This document shows, piece after piece, positions 58,532 through 64,000 of a stretch of 64,000 nucleotides of DNA. Both the position numbers and the translations under genes were made by a program. Location of the stretch: positions 1 to 64,000 of IMG/VR virus record IMGVR_UViG_3300035199_000659; one strand, 5' to 3'. Source of the stretch: a virus. The notes beneath the pieces are model-generated. The model had not been told where the DNA came from. It searched no databases and worked only from the letters and a program-made list of their open reading frames with translations. Positions within the stretch are counted from its first letter, which is position 1. Each line of letters begins with the position of its first letter.

Positions 58532-59073
58532 GATATCTTTTGACACTCCACGTTAAGGCTTATGAGCACTCCGTTCTCTTTGTCCATATGGGGGAAATAC
58601 GCCTGTGAATGGTCATCAAACTGGGCATGTTCTGTGAGGCGCCAGTCATATCTCTTGGTGCCATAAAATCCGTTTTGCATCAAAAATATACTCAAATTCT
58701 CAAGATCGTAAGTTGTCTTGTGATATATTGTTTCTTCGCTCATTTGCATTGCACCATACAGGGGTCCTAAAACGTTTTCAAGTCTAATTTCTTTTTCTTG
58801 ATAAAGCCGGCTCAATTCAGCAAAGTCTGGTACCGCTATACGTAAAAGACCATTTGGTTTAAGGGTCCGGCGCCACTCTCCCAATAACATACATGCCTCT
58901 TGTCGATTAAAATATTCCAACACGTGAGAGGCGTAAATAAGATCTACAGTGTTGTCAGCAAATTCCAAATCTGTAATTGATTTATAATCTAAGTGTTTGT
59001 AGTTGCCGCCATCAATGTGGAACCAGTCAGGCCCAAAGTTGCGCCAGCCGCAGCCCATATTGATTTTAACCAT
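58528..59073 (-). CDS. Class I SAM-dependent methyltransferase
   Basis: INMGCG, IYASHVLEY, LKPNGLLRIAVPD. Confidence 0.88.
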   Translation of the reverse strand: MVKINMGCGWRNFGPDWFHIDGGNYKHLDYKSITDLEFADNTVDLIYASHVLEYFNRQEACMLLGEWRRTLKPNGLLRIAVPDFAELSRLYQEKEIRLENVLGPLYGAMQMSEETIYHKTTYDLENLSIFLMQNGFYGTKRYDWRLTEHAQFDDHSQAYFPHMDKENGVLISLNVECQKIS

Positions 59074-59482
59074 CTAAAAATACCTTGTCTTCAGCTTGGC
59101 CGTAATAGGGGCCGGTCTTATATTCTAATACGCGGGTGCCTTCTTCGACGATCTCGTAATTATGGCCACCGAATAACGTGATCGACACATCGCCGGCCTC
59201 TAAATCTTCTATGGCTATGATTTCATCATTCAAGTCATAAAGATATGCCCTCACTTTGCCGCTCATGACTACCCACGATTCTTGGGCTATAGTTTGTTTG
59301 GGTACATTCTTAAAAATATGCTTGTGAGCATTAAAAGTTTTACCTTTCTCATAATTCAAAATTGCTAACTGCAAATATTGCTCTTCTGGAATAATATCTT
59401 CGCGTGGGCCCTCATCCTCAGACGGCCTGCAAATAATATGTAGCAGCTTATCGGGCTCGATCCTAGAATAGTGCTTAATCAT
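59066..59482 (-). CDS. WbuC-like cupin
   Basis: AHKH, QESWVV, GGH, EYKTGPY...DK. Confidence 0.8.
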   Translation of the reverse strand: MIKHYSRIEPDKLLHIICRPSEDEGPREDIIPEEQYLQLAILNYEKGKTFNAHKHIFKNVPKQTIAQESWVVMSGKVRAYLYDLNDEIIAIEDLEAGDVSITLFGGHNYEIVEEGTRVLEYKTGPYYGQAEDKVFLDG

Positions 59483-60177
59483 CTTGACGTCTCTATGGCT
59501 TTTTCAATGGACATTCTTTTAAAGCACCTCAAAGTCGTAGTAGGGCTACAGTTAATAACTTCCACCTTGGCGTGGGCGGCACGGTATGCAAACATGTTCC
59601 ACGTTGGCAGGTGAAAATCGTTGCCGCGGGGAATATTGTATTTATCGCCGGCCTGTTGGTAATCATCAAACCAATAATTGGGATTAGTGTCTGGTGTCTC
59701 CTCAATAACAAGGCCCGGGCCGTCTTCTTTACTGCCCTCAACAAATTCTACGTAATTGCAGTCGACTCCCACCAAAATAATCTTCTTATAGCCCATACAA
59801 ACGGCGGCCGAACATGCATTGGCTCCAGAATTGCCATTGTCGTGAAAATGGGCATAATCCTCTATCGTGTGGTTCCACTTGTTTGTTGTACCATACTCCT
59901 GCATATTGATATGTTGCAACTTTGTATTTTGGCTGATATCCATAATATAGAACATTCGCTCGATGGGGCTATTGTCAATTAAGTTAATAAATTTGTCTTT
60001 GTGGCACTCAGTTACCCGGTAATCAAAACAACCATGATAAGTTGGCCACCAATCCATTCGCTCATAAGCGCGGTATGCAGAATTTAAACCGAAGGTGTCA
60101 AAACCCTCTAACATATCAAAATCTAAATCCTTAAGTGACGGGCCATTGCCCATCAAAACCAATGTTTTATCCTGCAT
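59479..60177 (-). CDS. CstII (GT42)/Maf-DUF115-like ulosonate transferase
   Basis: VLMGNGPSL, FGLN, NSGANA...MGYKKIILVGVD, INCS. Start moved to MQDKT (60177). Confidence 0.7.
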   Translation of the reverse strand: MQDKTLVLMGNGPSLKDLDFDMLEGFDTFGLNSAYRAYERMDWWPTYHGCFDYRVTECHKDKFINLIDNSPIERMFYIMDISQNTKLQHINMQEYGTTNKWNHTIEDYAHFHDNGNSGANACSAAVCMGYKKIILVGVDCNYVEFVEGSKEDGPGLVIEETPDTNPNYWFDDYQQAGDKYNIPRGNDFHLPTWNMFAYRAAHAKVEVINCSPTTTLRCFKRMSIEKAIETSR

Positions 60178-61021
60178 AATAACCCCAAAATATATCTGAC
60201 CGCGTACGCAAATAATCAAAGGCTTTTTCTTGACTTTGAAACCACTCTTCGTCTTTGTGTTGAACATATTCATTCAAAATCACATCGCACCCCAAAAGCT
60301 TAGCTTCGATTACAATACGCGGGCACGTATCAGAACCAAGAGGGCGGAAAATCAACCCCTTAGAAGTAGACATCTTTATCAGCAATTCGTGATATGGTAG
60401 ACCACTCACAATCTCATATGCAAGTTCATTATCTTTAGCATATTCCACACAATCTTCGGTGCCCTTAATCCAAGAATTAGAGCCCAAGATCAGATACTTA
60501 TCATCTTTCTCGTTATCTTTGATGGAGTCCATAAACTGCATATCGCCGGCAGAGAAGATCGAGCTTAACACTTCCGTATTTTCCTCTTTTAATACAGGTA
60601 TTTGCTTAAGAAATATAGCACGCTGTGCGGCACTCATAAACCACACCTTTTTAGCATACCCATAAAAGGCGCTATTAATCTTGCCAGTAATCTGCTGGAC
60701 ACAATCGCACTCCGAGCCTGTGGCAACAAAATGTTTTTCCATCGAGCGATATTCGCAAAATTTGTAATCATACTCAACAATCGAATAATCGGCATTTTTA
60801 CACATATATAATTTAACCTTCTCGTCGAGGCCGGCAAAATTACACACAATGTAATGAGCGTCTGGATTTTGTGTGATCATGTCTGCAGTTAAGGAGCCAG
60901 AATGAACTTTTGCTATCTGACTATCTTTTTTAGCCGCGTACATAATGGCAGCCGTGGTTAGCTCGGCGCCACCGCGGTAATTTTCGACAAACATGTCAGA
61001 AATAAAAACATATTTTTTCAT
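60167..61021 (-). CDS. Glycosyltransferase, GT-B-like
   Basis: GGAE, KG, DTCPRIVIEAKLLGC (variant of E-x7-E). Confidence 0.7.
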   Translation of the reverse strand: MKKYVFISDMFVENYRGGAELTTAAIMYAAKKDSQIAKVHSGSLTADMITQNPDAHYIVCNFAGLDEKVKLYMCKNADYSIVEYDYKFCEYRSMEKHFVATGSECDCVQQITGKINSAFYGYAKKVWFMSAAQRAIFLKQIPVLKEENTEVLSSIFSAGDMQFMDSIKDNEKDDKYLILGSNSWIKGTEDCVEYAKDNELAYEIVSGLPYHELLIKMSTSKGLIFRPLGSDTCPRIVIEAKLLGCDVILNEYVQHKDEEWFQSQEKAFDYLRTRSDIFWGYYAG

Positions 61022-62277
61022 ATCAGGTCACTCAAAAGATCATCAATTTGAGACTCTAACTCTTTAAGCTCTTCGGCTGGTATAATACAGTTTACAAATT
61101 GTGCATATAGGCTTTCAGTGGAGAATCTTTCCTTCAATTCAGCTGCATAATCACAACTTTGAGATGCAAAAGAGTCTTCTGTATTGTTGGTGATATCTTC
61201 GTAGCACATACGCATTTTCTGTTTAGCAGATTGCTCACGTGGATAAGCCCACATCGATTCTTTAATCAAAACATTTTCCCAAACAACATTGTCTGCGATA
61301 GGTTGCAGGTCAAAGGCGACGTTATAAAATCTTTCTTTTGAGTTTTCGTCAACTAAAAAATCAAGTTGCCCTGACCAACCCGTAGCCACTACTGGAAGGC
61401 CACTATATGCTGCCTCAAAAATGGGCAGGCCGAAGCCCTCACCATGTGGCAGAGCTAACAGGGCTGAAAGTTTAGGGTGTCGGTACAGCGAGTGAATCTC
61501 TCGATCGGTCATATCGCCATGAAGTATATACACTTTGCACTTGTGTTCTGGCAGCGACGACATAAAGTTCTTCATATCTATTTTCAGCGTCTCTCTATCC
61601 AACAAACAATTTTTAGCAATATTGGTTTTTACCACTAGCCCAACTTCCTCATCTTGAAACTCTTCAACGAACCACTTAATTGTATTAGGGAGGTTCTTTC
61701 GTGGACCGAACTGGGCGACGGCCAAAAAGTTAAAGTCAAAATCTAAATTAAGCTCCAACTCTTCAAGGTTATCATATTCTTTAACAGGATAATTGACAGC
61801 ATAAATCGGCGTCTGAAGCCGGTAATCAATTTCTTGGCCTGTGTCGTTATCAACTGCAACGACTGCTGTGTTTTCGTATACATTCTTAGAATGATTTGAT
61901 ACTACAATGACCTTGTCGACTTTTTCATTTGCAGCTTGGATCCATACCGGTGCTACCTTCGTGGTTTCAATACCGGCAGTATAGCCGATATTAACCGGGG
62001 CGATCTTTTCCCACTCATTGGGGATTGTAACCTGTACTGACATATCGAACTGGCCTCCGGCCTGCATATGTCCAATAGTCTTTTCAATTGTCTGATCGAT
62101 AAACACCCTCTCCGCGTCAGTGGTGGTTAACCACGAGGTGTTCCCCCATTGAAGGGGCTGAATATATAGTTCGAATAAATCTGGTCGGCTCTGGAGGGAT
62201 CTTAGGGCAAATCTAGTTTGCTCCCCATACCCAGATCGGGTGAGGACCGGGCCTTTCAATAATACCTTTTTGCGCAT
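61018..62277 (-). CDS. Glycosyltransferase family 4
   Basis: SGYG, PRKN, HGEGFGLPIFEAAYSGLPVVAT. ATG at 62277 (TAATG coupling). Confidence 0.88.
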   Translation of the reverse strand: MRKKVLLKGPVLTRSGYGEQTRFALRSLQSRPDLFELYIQPLQWGNTSWLTTTDAERVFIDQTIEKTIGHMQAGGQFDMSVQVTIPNEWEKIAPVNIGYTAGIETTKVAPVWIQAANEKVDKVIVVSNHSKNVYENTAVVAVDNDTGQEIDYRLQTPIYAVNYPVKEYDNLEELELNLDFDFNFLAVAQFGPRKNLPNTIKWFVEEFQDEEVGLVVKTNIAKNCLLDRETLKIDMKNFMSSLPEHKCKVYILHGDMTDREIHSLYRHPKLSALLALPHGEGFGLPIFEAAYSGLPVVATGWSGQLDFLVDENSKERFYNVAFDLQPIADNVVWENVLIKESMWAYPREQSAKQKMRMCYEDITNNTEDSFASQSCDYAAELKERFSTESLYAQFVNCIIPAEELKELESQIDDLLSDLI

Positions 62278-63563
62278 TATGCCACCTCCAACAGGTGCCA
62301 AGTTTTATATCCCTTGCGAGTTTCCCAAGAGCCGTGCTTCTCAATTATTTCATCCATCAATTTAATCCATCCATTTTCATAATTTTCAAAATTGTAATTC
62401 TTAACTACATGCCCCTTGCCTTGGGCTGCCCACTTCTTGTAAGTTTTGCTCGAGGCTTTAAGGGCAGTAGTAAGTGCCTTATCAAAGCTCTCTTGTGAGA
62501 TTCTGTCTTCATAAATATAAGGAACTGATAGAGAGCCGATTATTGTTTTCGACGCCGGTTCGATGGCGAGGCCAAACCAATCCGTACCATTTGTGATTTG
62601 CTCCTTAAGGCCGCCTGTCATATTGACTATGATTGGGGTACCGCACGATAGCGATTCCAAAGTGGATAGGCCGAAACCCTCTGCATCGGAAATGTTGATG
62701 GTGTAATCAGCAACATTATACATATTTGCCAATTCTTCTGGGGCTACTTTGTTGGTTGATAGCATCACTTGTCCGTCAGCCACTCCTACATGATCAATAA
62801 GATGTGGTAAGTCTTGACCATGTTGATCTCGGGCATCGGTGTGCATTAATAGGCATGCCTTATCGTGACCCACCTTGTCTAGCCACTCTTTAAACCACCA
62901 AATAATAGTCCCACTCTGCTTACGGCGTGCATTGCGATTATTCCAAAAGAATATCTTCTTATTCATATTCTTATGGCTGTTTGTTGACTCAATACAAATC
63001 CTCTTTCTAAGAGTCTTTAGGAAGTCTTTCTGCTCCCGAGTCTTCTGCTTATAAAATATATTTGAATTAACCGCATGTGGAAGGTAGCACGAACTTACCT
63101 CTGGGGCGACTTGCTTAAGAATCTCATGTGTGACCTTGGATATACAAACCACTTCGTCGGTTGAACGATAGAAATTGGCGTTATAATGGGGTGCTGGGAA
63201 GTTGTCCCATACATGGTAATAAACCATCGGCACATTCGGCCTAATTTCGTTCTCAATCTCCCACAGCCATCCGTAGAAACGGGGATCCGTCATAAACCAC
63301 AGTACATCAGGCTTCTCTTTTTGCAAGATGGAGCGAATGATCTCATGGTTACCATAGCCGTCAACTGGAAACACTCTCCAGTCTTCGCCCCATGGGTCAA
63401 CAGTCTGTGGCTGATAACTGTGGTGCTTCATGGCACCTCCCAAGCATACTACTTGATAGCGCCCAGTTTTTAAAAGTGCCTCAATCATATATTTGGTTTG
63501 GGTACCGACGCCAGATGGCGACAGCGGATGGTCAGAAAGGACCAAAATCTTCTTTTTCTTCAT
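62277..63563 (-). CDS. Glycosyltransferase family 4
   Basis: SGVG, NRNARRK, AEGFGLSTLESLSCGTPII..TGG. Confidence 0.9.
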   Translation of the reverse strand: MKKKKILVLSDHPLSPSGVGTQTKYMIEALLKTGRYQVVCLGGAMKHHSYQPQTVDPWGEDWRVFPVDGYGNHEIIRSILQKEKPDVLWFMTDPRFYGWLWEIENEIRPNVPMVYYHVWDNFPAPHYNANFYRSTDEVVCISKVTHEILKQVAPEVSSCYLPHAVNSNIFYKQKTREQKDFLKTLRKRICIESTNSHKNMNKKIFFWNNRNARRKQSGTIIWWFKEWLDKVGHDKACLLMHTDARDQHGQDLPHLIDHVGVADGQVMLSTNKVAPEELANMYNVADYTINISDAEGFGLSTLESLSCGTPIIVNMTGGLKEQITNGTDWFGLAIEPASKTIIGSLSVPYIYEDRISQESFDKALTTALKASSKTYKKWAAQGKGHVVKNYNFENYENGWIKLMDEIIEKHGSWETRKGYKTWHLLEVA

Positions 63564-63570
63564 TTATTCC

Positions 63571-64000
63571 TCATGGGCAGTGTTCTGTCCCGTAAAATTT
63601 ACAACCAAATCCCGACGTGCAGGATAATTTATTCTTAATATAGCGCTTTTTCTTAATATTGTATAGTGCTGTATTTAAGGTTTTTAGAGCGTTCTTAGTT
63701 TTCTGCGGGCCACTCGTCACCCGAAAGAATTCAACGCGATTCTTTTTTGCAGTTCTCTTAAGTAGTGCAAAATGCGTTTCTATGTGTTTTGGATCTACAT
63801 CCATTTTCTGCGCAAAAAAGTGTTTATAAAGTGTTAACTGGTATGTTGTCATTTTATCCGAGCGGCGGCGGGCGTCCCAACCCCAAGAGCATGTTTTCCA
63901 GTCAAAAATGTGGATTTTATCATCCGGGGTTTTAACCACGGCATCAATATACCCCTTAAAGACATGTTCATCGTGCCCCTCAATCGGCTCATAAAGCGGC
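63571..64000 (-). CDS. PD-(D/E)XK nuclease, Cas4/RecB-like (3' part only)
   Basis: The frame is open to the window edge: FKGYIDAVV...IFDWKT...YQLTLY, with a C-terminal Cys triad (C...C...C) typical of Fe-S staple nucleases. Confidence 0.85.
   Translation of the reverse strand, partial: PLYEPIEGHDEHVFKGYIDAVVKTPDDKIHIFDWKTCSWGWDARRRSDKMTTYQLTLYKHFFAQKMDVDPKHIETHFALLKRTAKKNRVEFFRVTSGPQKTKNALKTLNTALYNIKKKRYIKNKLSCTSGFGCKFYGTEHCP

Noticed and set aside
46277-63563. Host O-antigen/capsule locus, or a chimeric assembly
   Set aside because: There are no export or polymerase genes, and the island is joined to phage genes on both sides with gaps of only 1-7 nt. Read-level checks were not possible.
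423-63595. The many plus-strand ORFs and short nested minus-strand ORFs in the track (e.g. 14294..14947, 43786..44403, 53986..54717, 41826..42344)
   Set aside because: They lie wholly or almost wholly over well-supported minus-strand genes and show no recognisable motifs; they are shadow ORFs.
63571-64000. Cas4-like nuclease as evidence for CRISPR-Cas
   Set aside because: No repeat-spacer array or other cas gene is visible, and solo Cas4-like nucleases are common in phages.
1-64000. Stop-codon reassignment, as in some jumbo phages
   Set aside because: Code 11 gives full-length, densely packed genes, and TAA, TAG and TGA all act as real stops.
1-64000. tRNA, rRNA, structured ncRNA or intrinsic terminators
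   Set aside because: Intergenic gaps are nearly all under 50 nt and I saw no cloverleaf or hairpin-plus-U-tract; tRNAscan-SE or Infernal would be needed to exclude them formally.

Overview
The window is a 64-kb segment of a large (jumbo-type) myovirus-like phage genome. Every credible gene is on the minus strand, tightly packed and read in standard code 11. In transcription order (high to low coordinates) it contains: (1) a partial Cas4/RecB-like PD-(D/E)XK nuclease; (2) a ~17-kb, ~20-gene glycan island (GT4/GT2-like transferases, CstII/GT42-like and GT29-like sialyltransferase-type proteins, NeuA-like cytidylyltransferase, HpcH aldolase, SIS-HAD fusion, Gmd, a very short DegT aminotransferase, three methyltransferases, cupins, SDR, epimerase); (3) an FmdB zinc-ribbon gene and a T4 gp55-like sigma factor; (4) a contractile-tail baseplate module (three paralogous cell-wall-hydrolase proteins, a spike-like protein, a 2205-aa protein, gp25- and gp6-like wedges, a 3511-aa LamG protein, collar-like proteins); (5) RuvC, primase and a single-chain Mre11-Rad50. 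The best candidates for undescribed biology are: three tandem proteins that share one N-terminal domain but carry three different peptidoglycan-active C-terminal domains next to the spike; a possible virion O-glycosylation system (a NeuB-less ulosonate pathway plus strong [ST]-[GAS]-S enrichment confined to certain tail proteins); a recurrent TAWTTA late-promoter motif; and a shared MK(I/V)xKxQL(K/R)xIIKEE N-terminal tag. All family calls come from motif recognition by eye; no searches were run.
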